A stretch of 64,000 bases of DNA from Ignavibacteria bacterium (GTDB lineage: Bacteria > Bacteroidota > Ignavibacteria > Kapaibacteriales > UBA961). Numbering within the stretch: the stretch's first letter is position 1; each line of letters begins with the position of its first letter. The stretch is from the NCBI GenBank assembly GCA_016873735.1, contig VGWD01000011.1:51-64050 (forward strand), given 5' to 3'. Made by a program: the position numbers and the translations under genes. The notes beneath the pieces were generated by a model. That model saw nothing but the letters and a program-made list of their open reading frames with translations. It made no database searches and was not told the DNA's origin. Shown piece by piece: positions 1 to 8,824 of this stretch.

Positions 1-2
1 GA

Positions 3-93
3 ACAACAACCATTCTTATAGGAACCTATTCCAATATTCCCGAAGCCGATTACATCTGCCCAGGTATAAAAGAATGCATGAAGATATTGGGGT
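3..93 (+). CDS. 3' end of an upstream CDS (partial; ...CPGIKECMKILG*)
   Basis: Open frame from the window edge to TGA at 91-93. No homology recognised. Confidence 0.25.
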
Positions 94-206
94 GAGTGTT
101 TCTTCATTCCCCTCGTGACGGGGTGAGTTCTTCTTCATTCCCCTCGTGACAGAGGGGTGGCACGCGAAGCGTGACGGGGTGAGTTCTTCTTCATTCCCCT
201 CGTAAG
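89..206. repeat. Three direct copies of a ~31-bp GC-rich unit (GGGGTGAG[T]TTCTTCATTCCCCTCGTGAC): 89-119, 120-150 (tandem, no spacer), 176-206 (after a 25-bp spacer)
   Basis: Direct reading of the sequence. Copies differ at 1-3 positions. Confidence 0.85.
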
Positions 207-360
207 AGAAAGTGCCCGTTTCTTGTCTGCGCTCGAAAACCAGGAGCGGGGTGAGACCTCCGTCTTCATTCTAACTGTTCGTCGAACGAGGCCGAGACGA
301 GAGTCTGATGTGTAAATATACCACTCGGCTTCGCTCGGGGTACAATAAGCGAGATCATTC
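89..360. repeat. Left arm of imperfect inverted repeat flanking ORF 799-1872 (contains the 31-bp subrepeats, a CCCCTC-N6-GAGGGG hairpin and the CTCGAAAACCAGG and GTTCGTCGA..GCTCGGGGTACA blocks)
   Basis: Reverse complement of 1983-2046 and 2062-2150 aligns to 139-160, 213-250 and 270-343 at about 85-90% identity. Confidence 0.8.
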
Positions 361-798
361 CCCTTGTGTAAATGGGTGACCGAAGGGCGGGTTAAAAACT
401 TCCTTGTAAATACCATAGAACAGAACCCCCGTCGTAAATGATGGGGGGGGATATTTTTCAATAATAATTACTTAGTCTACTATACTATTGTTAATATTGG
501 ATTTAAGCAAGATATCTTGTCTTGTATTTTTTCTAATTGAAAAATATATTGATCGTCCATGATATTCATGTTCCTGAAACACATCTAAAATAATGTCACC
601 TATTTCCCATAAATAGTGTAGATTTTTCTGAAATCACAGAACCTTATGATCCCCATACATATTATTTAGTGAATTGATCATTTTAGGAACAAACTCATCC
701 AATATATTTATTAGATTGATTTCAAACTGAAGGACATATACTTGATATACTTAATTTTAAATCATTAGCACTCTTCATTACTTTTGAGAATAAACATC

Positions 799-1872
799 AT
801 GTACTTAATCAGTCAAATGCGTCTTATATTCCACATCATCCTGGGCATATTATTCAATATTTTTTACTTGATAGGAAATGATGGATCATATACCGGATCA
901 GGTAATCAACTAGTTCCCGTTAAGGAAACAGATATAGCTTTGGAAAAAGAGATACTGACAATCCGTAGAATAGATGGAACTGCTATTGTATCTGTGTACT
1001 ATGAATTATTCAATCCTGGCGATGAAAAAGAAGTTATTGTTGGTTTTGAAGCCGATAATTCGAGTTTTCCTGCAAATGTGCATCCTAAAAATGGTGGACA
1101 TCCATACATTGAAAATTTTAATGTTAATGTAAACGGGAAACAATTAAAGCATACAATCGCATACCTTTTAAATGATGAATCATTACCTGCAAACAAAAGA
1201 TCAATAGCACTTCCAAAGCTCATCAAGTACATTGATAAAGACCCTGAAGGTGCTTCTTTTACCTATGTGTATTCTTTTAAAGTCAAATTTAAAAAAGGAC
1301 ATAATATCATTAAACATGATTATGAATATCAAATGAGTAGTTCAATTGGAATGGTGTTTGGTTTTGACTATAAACTCACTCCTGCAAATCGATGGGCAAA
1401 TGGACAGATTGATGATTTTACCCTTATCCTTGATTTAGGAGAATATGTTGGAATAAATCTGAATATGTATGGGATTGCAGATAAGAATTTGGTTTTTACT
1501 GGTAGTGGACATTATGGTAGGCCTAATGCCCCCGAAAACACTAATCATAAAGAAAATGTGTTTATCGAAAGTGGACAATTGATTTTTCATGCAAAGGATT
1601 ATCATCCCGAAGAAGAGTTAACGTTTGATTGTCCTGATTTCTATTTTGATTATAATTCTGATAATGACCAGAGAACACTCACATCAATTCCATATTCGGT
1701 AATTGCTCAAGAACAAATTTACTTTGAAGATTTATCTCCTTTTGATAAAAAGATCTTTGAAAATCTTCAACTTGCCAGAGATGGGTATATTTTTCCTGAT
1801 AAATCTTTATATGAGTATTTCATGAAAAACACTTCGTGGTATATTCCTGATCCAGAGTACAAGCCACAGTAA
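799..1872 (+). CDS. Hypothetical membrane-anchored protein with C-terminal YARHG-like motif (LARDGYIFPDKSLYEYF...WYIP); AT-rich
   Basis: Long ORF. The track starts at TTG 784; first ATG at 799 (MYLISQ...). Bacteroidetes-type -7 motif TAnnTTTG at 771-778. N-terminal hydrophobic segment. GC is clearly lower than the flanking genes. Confidence 0.6.
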   Translation: MYLISQMRLIFHIILGILFNIFYLIGNDGSYTGSGNQLVPVKETDIALEKEILTIRRIDGTAIVSVYYELFNPGDEKEVIVGFEADNSSFPANVHPKNGGHPYIENFNVNVNGKQLKHTIAYLLNDESLPANKRSIALPKLIKYIDKDPEGASFTYVYSFKVKFKKGHNIIKHDYEYQMSSSIGMVFGFDYKLTPANRWANGQIDDFTLILDLGEYVGINLNMYGIADKNLVFTGSGHYGRPNAPENTNHKENVFIESGQLIFHAKDYHPEEELTFDCPDFYFDYNSDNDQRTLTSIPYSVIAQEQIYFEDLSPFDKKIFENLQLARDGYIFPDKSLYEYFMKNTSWYIPDPEYKPQ

Positions 1873-1949
1873 AGATGTCATAGCCATTGATATTTGCAGT
1901 ATTAGCATTATAAAATCTGAAATTGTTCTAACTATGATTGCATTGATTG

Positions 1950-2165
1950 TCATACAGACTGCATCCACGGTAGAATGAACTCATCCCGCCCTGGTTTTCG
2001 AGCGCAGACGAGAAACGGCCACCCCTCTGACTCGAGGGGAATGAAAGTCATGAATTGTACACCGAGCGGAGCTGAGGTCTGTACCCCGAGCGAAGACGAG
2101 GGGTACATTTACACTTGAGATTATCGTCTCGGCTTCGCTCGACGAACAGTTTAAGCATGAGGGGA
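1950..2165. repeat. Right arm of the imperfect inverted repeat (reverse-complement copy of left-arm blocks; lacks the extra 31-bp copies)
   Basis: See left arm. Same CCCCTC-N6-GAGGGG hairpin at 2022-2039. Confidence 0.8.
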
Positions 2166-2205
2166 ATATATAAACAAATGCCCCACATTTCTGTGAGGCA
2201 TTGCA

Positions 2206-3075
2206 TCATTTGATGATGAGTTTTTCTTGTAGTATATCTTCCGGTACGCGATAGACATGTTTGACGAGACGGAGCTTTTCGAGTATCCAGATGATATAGC
2301 CGGAAAGATCGAATTGCCACCAAGCCAGACCATGAAATGCCGAGCGGGGAAATGCATGATGATTATTATGCCAGCCTTCGCCCATGGCAAGAATGCCAAC
2401 AAGGAAATTATTCTTTGATGCATCATCTGTCTTAAACATCTTCCCGCCGAAAATATGACAGATGGAATTCACGCTCCATGTGAAATTCAATGCAAGAAAT
2501 AATCGTACAAAACCTCCCCAAAGCAAACCATTGAGTCCGCCGATGAGGAATGGGATGAGTAAACCAAGCATGGACCAAGCAAAGAATGTGGCATCAAAAA
2601 AGGTGACCATCTTATCCTGCTGAAATTTCTTGCCAAAGGTTTGTCTTGCCTGAAAATGCACTTCGGGATTCATCGTGAAAATCCATCCACAATGCGCATG
2701 AAGCCACCCTTGGAATGTCGGACTATGTGGATCATCCTCAACATCCGTATTTGCATGATGCTTCAAATGTATGCTCGCCCATGTGGAAGGCGCTCCTTGC
2801 AAAGCCATTGAACCAAGCATGAGTAAAATGAATTTCACAGTAGGATTCGCCGTGAAACTCTGATGCACAAGCATGCGATGAAAACCAAGAGTAATACCAA
2901 GCTCGGTCAAAATCGTGAGCGATATACAGAGAATCACATCCTGCCAAGAAATAAAGCCCTGAAAGGCCAAAATAATGGCTGTGACTGTTCCCAAACCGGG
3001 TAAAACAATCAACATCAAGAAATATAAGATCACCTGTAATTGGTGAGAATAGGGTTTATTCACGGATTTGTCCAA
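2206..3075 (-). CDS. Acyl-CoA (delta-9-type) fatty acid desaturase
   Basis: Histidine boxes HRMLVH, HLKHHAN, HNNHHAF and multiple TM segments. Confidence 0.85.
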   Translation of the reverse strand: MDKSVNKPYSHQLQVILYFLMLIVLPGLGTVTAIILAFQGFISWQDVILCISLTILTELGITLGFHRMLVHQSFTANPTVKFILLMLGSMALQGAPSTWASIHLKHHANTDVEDDPHSPTFQGWLHAHCGWIFTMNPEVHFQARQTFGKKFQQDKMVTFFDATFFAWSMLGLLIPFLIGGLNGLLWGGFVRLFLALNFTWSVNSICHIFGGKMFKTDDASKNNFLVGILAMGEGWHNNHHAFPRSAFHGLAWWQFDLSGYIIWILEKLRLVKHVYRVPEDILQEKLIIK

Positions 3076-3280
3076 AATAATGCTACATCATGGTGAAAAC
3101 TTCCTGCTTTTGAAGCATTGAAGCGGGTCTGATACATATTCCGTATTTTTGCAGTGGGTTTTTGTCCGATAAGGTGCTGCAATCTGCATCAGACATTCAA
3201 ATATACGGACTTGACACATTGCACAATCATCCCTTCCCTTTCACGGGTTTCGGGATCTTTTCACGGAAGGACTTCACTCT

Positions 3281-5113
3281 ATGTGCGGAATCGTTGGATA
3301 TATCGGTCATCAAAAAGCTTCAGACATCATCATCAATGGATTGAAACTCCTCGAATATCGTGGATATGATTCCGCCGGCATCGTTACGAATGAGTCAGGA
3401 CATCTCCTGATTCAGAAGAAAGCGGGCAAAGTGAAAGACCTCGAAAAGAAACTTGATCTCGGCGCAATGCTGAGCAATATCGGGATTGGTCATACACGCT
3501 GGGCCACACATGGCGAACCCAATGATGTGAATGCGCATCCGCATACTGATAGCACCGGCAAAATCGCGCTCGTGCATAATGGCATAATCGAAAATTATAC
3601 AGCACTCCGCAAAAAACTCATCAAGGATGGCTATTCTTTCAGTTCAGAAACAGATTCCGAAGTACTCGCCGTTTTCATTGGTTCTCTCTATACGAATGGG
3701 AATGATCTCGAAACTTCCGTGCGACTTGCACTTAATGAAGTGGAAGGTACTTTCGGCATTTGCGTGATGAGCTCCGATGATCCCAACACAATGATCGCAG
3801 CCCGTCGTGGAAGTCCAATCGTTGTGGGCATTGGAGATGGCGAATTCATCGTGGCTTCCGATGCATCGGCAATCATACAGCATACAAGACAAGTGATTTA
3901 TTTGGCCGATAATGAAATGGCGGTTATTTCTCGACATGGCGTGACCACGAAAACAATTGACAATGTGATCACGGATGAGCAAATCGAACAAATCGAATTT
4001 GACTTGGATGCGATTGAAAAGGGTGGTTATAATCATTTCATGCTCAAGGAAATCTATGAGCAACCTTCCACTTTCCGCGATGCATTACGTGGTCGTTTAC
4101 TCACCGAAGAAGGCAATGTCAAACTTGGTGGCTTGAACCCAGTCTCAAAAGAATTGCGCAATGCGCGCAGAATCATCATCCTTGCTTGTGGTACTTCATG
4201 GCATGCCGGACTCGTCGGTGAATACATGATCGAACGCCTTGCGCAAATTCCCGTGGAAGTGGAATATGCCTCGGAATTCCGCTATCGCACACCAATCATT
4301 TATCCTGATGATGTGATCATCGCAGTATCTCAAAGCGGTGAAACCGCTGATACTTTGGCGGCATTGAAAGAAGCTCACTTGAAAGGCGCAACCGTACTCG
4401 GAATCGTGAATGTTGTTGGAAGCTCGATCGCGCGTGAGACACATGCGGGCGTATATTCTCATGCTGGACCCGAAATCGGCGTGGCTTCAACCAAAGCATT
4501 CACTTCCCAACTTGCTGTATTGTCGCTCCTGGCTTTGCATCTTGGAAGAATGAATAAAGTATCTTCCATCGAAGGCAAAAGAATTGCCGAAGCTCTCGAT
4601 TCCATTCCATCGAAAATCGAAGAAATCCTCAAGCAGGAAAATACCATCAGAGAAATCGCCGAAGAATATCAAGATGCTCGCAATTTCTTGTATTTGGGTC
4701 GCGGCTATAATTTCCCCGTTGCTCTCGAAGGCGCTTTGAAATTAAAAGAGATTTCCTATATCCATGCCGAAGGATATCCCGCTGCGGAAATGAAGCATGG
4801 TCCGATTGCACTCATGGATGAAAATATGCCCGTGGTATTCATCGCAACCAAAGATGATATTTATGATAAAGTGATTTCCAATATACAGGAAGTCCGTGCG
4901 CGCAAAGGGAAAGTCATTGCCATCGCAACCGAAGGCGATACCCATATTGAATCCGTTGCGAATCATGTGATTTATATTCCCGACACGCTTCCCATGCTCA
5001 CCCCGGCATTGGCAGTTATCCCTCTCCAATTATTGGCCTATCATATAGCAGTTCTTCGCGGATGCGATGTTGACAAACCACGCAATTTGGCCAAGTCAGT
5101 CACCGTGGAGTAG
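3281..5113 (+). CDS. glmS: Glutamine--fructose-6-phosphate aminotransferase
   Basis: MCGIVGY N-terminal Cys, two SIS domains, C-terminal ...VTVE. 610 aa. Confidence 0.95.
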   Translation: MCGIVGYIGHQKASDIIINGLKLLEYRGYDSAGIVTNESGHLLIQKKAGKVKDLEKKLDLGAMLSNIGIGHTRWATHGEPNDVNAHPHTDSTGKIALVHNGIIENYTALRKKLIKDGYSFSSETDSEVLAVFIGSLYTNGNDLETSVRLALNEVEGTFGICVMSSDDPNTMIAARRGSPIVVGIGDGEFIVASDASAIIQHTRQVIYLADNEMAVISRHGVTTKTIDNVITDEQIEQIEFDLDAIEKGGYNHFMLKEIYEQPSTFRDALRGRLLTEEGNVKLGGLNPVSKELRNARRIIILACGTSWHAGLVGEYMIERLAQIPVEVEYASEFRYRTPIIYPDDVIIAVSQSGETADTLAALKEAHLKGATVLGIVNVVGSSIARETHAGVYSHAGPEIGVASTKAFTSQLAVLSLLALHLGRMNKVSSIEGKRIAEALDSIPSKIEEILKQENTIREIAEEYQDARNFLYLGRGYNFPVALEGALKLKEISYIHAEGYPAAEMKHGPIALMDENMPVVFIATKDDIYDKVISNIQEVRARKGKVIAIATEGDTHIESVANHVIYIPDTLPMLTPALAVIPLQLLAYHIAVLRGCDVDKPRNLAKSVTVE

Positions 5114-5382
5114 TATGTTGGGTCGGAGTTTGGTAGTGAGGCTGGAAAATATGTCTCGGTGGTTTTATTAGACTTTTGTCGTAGGCTGTTTTTATCACTT
5201 TTATCTTCCCCAGCGGTGAAGACATTTTTGAACTATTTGCGTGAGCATAAACAGAGGATTTCGAAGAAACATTTTGGATCGCAGGATAATACGCCATGAG
5301 TTCATGCTAATTATGCCGATTGGAACTGTGCAAGTTCTTATTTTGTCATAGATTTTTCAGTTGAGTAGCACAGAATATTCCA

Positions 5383-6585
5383 ATGATTCAGTCAATTCTC
5401 GATATCAGTGTTCAAGATAAAGTGTGTTTGGTCCGCGTGGATTTCAATGTTCCCATCGATGAACATGGAATCATCAGCGATGATAAGCGCATTCGTGAAT
5501 CACTTCCAACAATCAATGCCCTTCTGAAACAAGGTGCGAAAGTGGTGTTAATGTCGCATCTCGGTAGACCCAAAGGCATAGTAAATGCAAAGTATTCACT
5601 CGAAGTGGTCGCCAAACATCTTGCCACTCTTGTCTCTGCTCCCGTACACTTTACATCTGCATGCATCGGCGAGATTCCTGCGACAGCAATTGCATCCATG
5701 AATGCAGGCGAAATCTTGGTTCTTGAAAATTTGCGTTTTCATGCAGAAGAAGAAAACAATGATGCGGGATTTGCCAAAGCATTGGCTTCTCTCGGGGATG
5801 TCTATGTGAATGATGCCTTCGGAACCGCTCACAGAGCGCATGCTTCAACAGCCGGCATTGCGGAATTCATGCCTGTTAAAGCGGCAGGACTTCTCATGCT
5901 GAAGGAATTGCAATATCTTGGCAATGCGGTGAATACTCCAGAGCGACCCTTTGTGGTCATTCTCGGTGGTTCAAAAGTCTCCGGTAAAATTGATGTCATC
6001 AATGCCCTGCTCCCCAAATGCGATCATATTCTCATTGGTGGCGGCATGATGTTCACATTCCTGAAAGCAAAAGGTTATGAAGTCGGCTCTTCCTTGATCG
6101 AAGAAGATCGCATCGAAATAGCAAAATCATTACTTGAAAGCGAATTTGCTTCCAAAATCGTCTTACCACGCGATTGCATCATTGCGGATGCTTTTTCAGG
6201 CGAAGCAAATACACAGCATTCCTCATGTGAGTCGATTCCGAGTGATTGGATGGGACTCGATATAGGACCCGAAACCATCGCGGAATTCTCATCCATCATT
6301 GACAATGCGCGAACAATTCTCTGGAATGGTCCGATGGGTGTATTTGAAATTCCCGCATTTGCGCATGGAACAAAAGCGATTGCTGAATCCTTGGCACAAG
6401 TCACACAATCAGGTGCCATCACGATTGTCGGTGGTGGAGATTCCGCTTCGGCGATTTCCGGAATGGGTCTCGCAGATGCAGTCAGCCATGTATCAACGGG
6501 TGGAGGCGCTTCACTCGAATTTTTGGAAGGTACGACACTTCCGGGCATTCAAGCCCTGGAATTGTTATTCTTACGGAGTCTATGA
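5383..6585 (+). CDS. pgk: Phosphoglycerate kinase
   Basis: VRVDFNVP, MSHLGRPKG, typical PGK length (400 aa). Confidence 0.95.
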   Translation: MIQSILDISVQDKVCLVRVDFNVPIDEHGIISDDKRIRESLPTINALLKQGAKVVLMSHLGRPKGIVNAKYSLEVVAKHLATLVSAPVHFTSACIGEIPATAIASMNAGEILVLENLRFHAEEENNDAGFAKALASLGDVYVNDAFGTAHRAHASTAGIAEFMPVKAAGLLMLKELQYLGNAVNTPERPFVVILGGSKVSGKIDVINALLPKCDHILIGGGMMFTFLKAKGYEVGSSLIEEDRIEIAKSLLESEFASKIVLPRDCIIADAFSGEANTQHSSCESIPSDWMGLDIGPETIAEFSSIIDNARTILWNGPMGVFEIPAFAHGTKAIAESLAQVTQSGAITIVGGGDSASAISGMGLADAVSHVSTGGGASLEFLEGTTLPGIQALELLFLRSL

Positions 6586-7505
6586 CTTATTATCAAAATA
6601 ATCGCGGAATGGGTTTTTCCCTCTTTCCACCAATGCTAAAATTATTGCTCATTTTGAATGGTGCGATTTTTCTGCTGGACTCTGTCATTTTTGAAATGCT
6701 CGCTTTCAATGGTGTCTCGCTCTCTTCCTATATCATGGAATATTTTGCATTGTACCCGATTCAAAGCGGACTCTTCTGGCCATGGCAATTGATTTCCTAT
6801 CAATTCCTACATGCGGGATTTTCTCATATCTTCTTCAATCTTCTCGCATTGTGGATGTTTGGTGCTGAACTTGAAATGATTTGGGGTAGCAGAAGATTCA
6901 TCACCTATTATCTGATTGCGGGAATGGGTGGCGGACTTGTTCATTTGGGCATGCAAATGCTTCCCGGCTTTGAAGGCGCGCCCACCATCGGCGCTTCGGG
7001 TGCGGTGATGGGCATTTTGCTTGGCTTCGGACTCACCTTCCCGGATCGACCCGTCATGATGTTTCCTTTGTTCATCCCAATTCCGGCAAAGTATTTTGTC
7101 TTGATTTATGCCGGCATTGATCTTTTCTCAGGACTCTTCTCAACTAATTCCGGCGTTGCACATTTCGCTCATTTGGGTGGTGCATTTTTTGGATATATCA
7201 TGCTTAAACATGGCGATGATTTAAAGATTTATGCGCTGGTTGACAAAATATTCGGTCGCTCAAAACAGCAATCAAGTTATAGTAATATCATTGATTATCC
7301 ATTTGAAAAAACCTATGTTGAAGTCGTAGAAGAAGTGAAACCACCCGAGCCGAAAGGCACGATAACAGGTGTATTCATGGATGGACGAGAAATCACGACT
7401 GAAGAAATCGACATCATACTTGAAAAAATCACAGCAAAGGGTTTTGCGAACTTGACCGAACAAGAAAAACGCATACTCTATGAAGTCTCAAAGAAACTTG
7501 ATTAA
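6582..7505 (+). CDS. Rhomboid family intramembrane serine protease with ~90-aa C-terminal soluble extension
   Basis: GASGAVMG (Ser) and AHLGGAFFG (His) motifs, 6 TM. ATGA overlap with the pgk stop. Confidence 0.8.
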   Translation: MTYYQNNRGMGFSLFPPMLKLLLILNGAIFLLDSVIFEMLAFNGVSLSSYIMEYFALYPIQSGLFWPWQLISYQFLHAGFSHIFFNLLALWMFGAELEMIWGSRRFITYYLIAGMGGGLVHLGMQMLPGFEGAPTIGASGAVMGILLGFGLTFPDRPVMMFPLFIPIPAKYFVLIYAGIDLFSGLFSTNSGVAHFAHLGGAFFGYIMLKHGDDLKIYALVDKIFGRSKQQSSYSNIIDYPFEKTYVEVVEEVKPPEPKGTITGVFMDGREITTEEIDIILEKITAKGFANLTEQEKRILYEVSKKLD

Positions 7506-7565
7506 ATCTCGGAACATTTGACCCATACCAATGGTTAACATTCAATATCTTATTGGCTAAAACGC

Positions 7566-8687
7566 ATGAATCTCCCCATCCTTGAAAATCAAACAGAATC
7601 TCCTTATGTGGTGCGACCTTTCCGCAGAAGAATAAGTCGTCAAGTGATGGTCGGCTCCGTTCCTGTCGGTGGCAATGCCCCGATCAGCGTGCAAACCATG
7701 ACAAAAACCAAGACTGCGGATGTGAATGCAACCGTTAAGCAAATTCAGAGATGTCAGGAAGCAGGCGTGGACATCGTTCGCGTCACCGTGAATGACAAAG
7801 AAGCTGCCGAAGCAATTGCTGATATCGTCAAGCGCACAACGATTCCAATTGTAGCAGATATTCATTTCAATCACATTTTTGCACTGAAAGCGATTGAAGC
7901 AGGTGTTGCGAAAGTGCGCATCAATCCCGGTAATATCGGCTCGAGAGATCGCATCAAAGAAGTGCTCACAAAAGCGAAAGAGCGTGGAACTCCTATCAGA
8001 GTGGGCGTGAATTCAGGTTCACTGGAAGAAGATATTCTCGATAAACACGGTTATCCAACTCCCGAAGCACTCTTTGAAAGCGCTATGCGTCATGCGGAAA
8101 TCGCGGCAGAATTCGGTGTGGATGATGTGATTCTTTCCGTAAAATCCACTGATGTTCGCCTCATGATTGAAGCATATCGCATGCTTGCCGAGAAGACAGA
8201 TTTTCCTTTGCATCTTGGTGTGACCGAAGCTGGTACTTCTCGTGTTGGAACAATCAAATCTTCTGTCGGTATTGGCACATTACTCGCAGAAGGAATCGGT
8301 GATACGATTCGTGTTTCTCTCACTGATGAACCCGAAAAAGAAGTAGAAGTTGGAAAAGAAATCTTGCGCTCACTTGGTTTGACCCAAAGATCCGTTGAGA
8401 TTATTTCTTGTCCGACATGCGGAAGACTCGAAGTGGATTTATTCAAGATCACGGGTGAAATCGAAGAGCGACTAAAAGGAGTGAAAAAACCGGTGAAAAT
8501 TGCTCTCTTGGGTTGCGTCGTGAATGGTCCGGGTGAAGCCAGCGAGGCGGACATAGGAATTGCTGCAGGCAAAGGCGTTGGTATTCTTTATCGCAAAGGC
8601 GAGGTCGTTCGACGCGTCAAAGAAGAAGAAATCATTGATGCCGTAGTGCAAGAAGTTATGGACTTTGTGCCTGAAGAACAGCAATAA
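7566..8687 (+). CDS. ispG: 4-hydroxy-3-methylbut-2-en-1-yl diphosphate synthase
   Basis: Strong GcpE family similarity throughout (VGGNAPISVQTMTKT...; C-terminal Cys cluster CPTCGR...GCVVNGPGE). Confidence 0.9.
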   Translation: MNLPILENQTESPYVVRPFRRRISRQVMVGSVPVGGNAPISVQTMTKTKTADVNATVKQIQRCQEAGVDIVRVTVNDKEAAEAIADIVKRTTIPIVADIHFNHIFALKAIEAGVAKVRINPGNIGSRDRIKEVLTKAKERGTPIRVGVNSGSLEEDILDKHGYPTPEALFESAMRHAEIAAEFGVDDVILSVKSTDVRLMIEAYRMLAEKTDFPLHLGVTEAGTSRVGTIKSSVGIGTLLAEGIGDTIRVSLTDEPEKEVEVGKEILRSLGLTQRSVEIISCPTCGRLEVDLFKITGEIEERLKGVKKPVKIALLGCVVNGPGEASEADIGIAAGKGVGILYRKGEVVRRVKEEEIIDAVVQEVMDFVPEEQQ

Positions 8688-8739
8688 AAATAAACTTTGG
8701 ACAGTACACAAAAATGCCATAAATTACATATGAGTTGAG

Positions 8740-8812
8740 TGGCTATCTCTCCCCTGAGAGCCACGCGCGATGCTCACACCTGGAATTCCACATTCCGGGT
8801 TTTTTTTTGCCC
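8740..8812. terminator. Bidirectional rho-independent terminator between ispG (+) and purM (-)
   Basis: Hairpins GTGGCTATCTC..GAGAGCCAC and GGAAT-N5-ATTCC followed by a T9 tract. Confidence 0.6.
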
Positions 8813-8824
8813 ACAAGTGCAGAA

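Noticed and set aside
89-206. Possible CRISPR array from the 31-bp direct repeats
   Set aside because: Two copies abut with no spacer and only one 25-bp spacer exists. Unit copies are imperfect. There are no cas genes and no leader-like AT tract. The pattern fits tandem repeat expansion, not a CRISPR array.
135-461. 108-aa minus-strand ORF in the ORF track
   Set aside because: Lies entirely inside the GC-rich repeat arm, has no RBS or promoter context, and its reading frame runs through the tandem repeats. Most likely spurious.
89-2170. Diversity-generating retroelement (template/variable repeat pair)
   Set aside because: The related segments are inverted, not direct. Mismatches are not adenine-specific. 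No reverse transcriptase is present.
3076-3280. glmS ribozyme in the leader of glmS
   Set aside because: I could not recognise the conserved glmS ribozyme core helices in this 200-nt leader. The element is also mostly restricted to Firmicutes and relatives. A proper covariance-model search would be needed, so it is not called.
6075-6548. Antisense ORFs inside pgk, ispG (8090-8572), mlaD (30362-31072), kbl (52736-53164) and other large genes
   Set aside because: They are fully embedded opposite well-supported conserved genes and lack homology or translation signals. Treated as frame artefacts.
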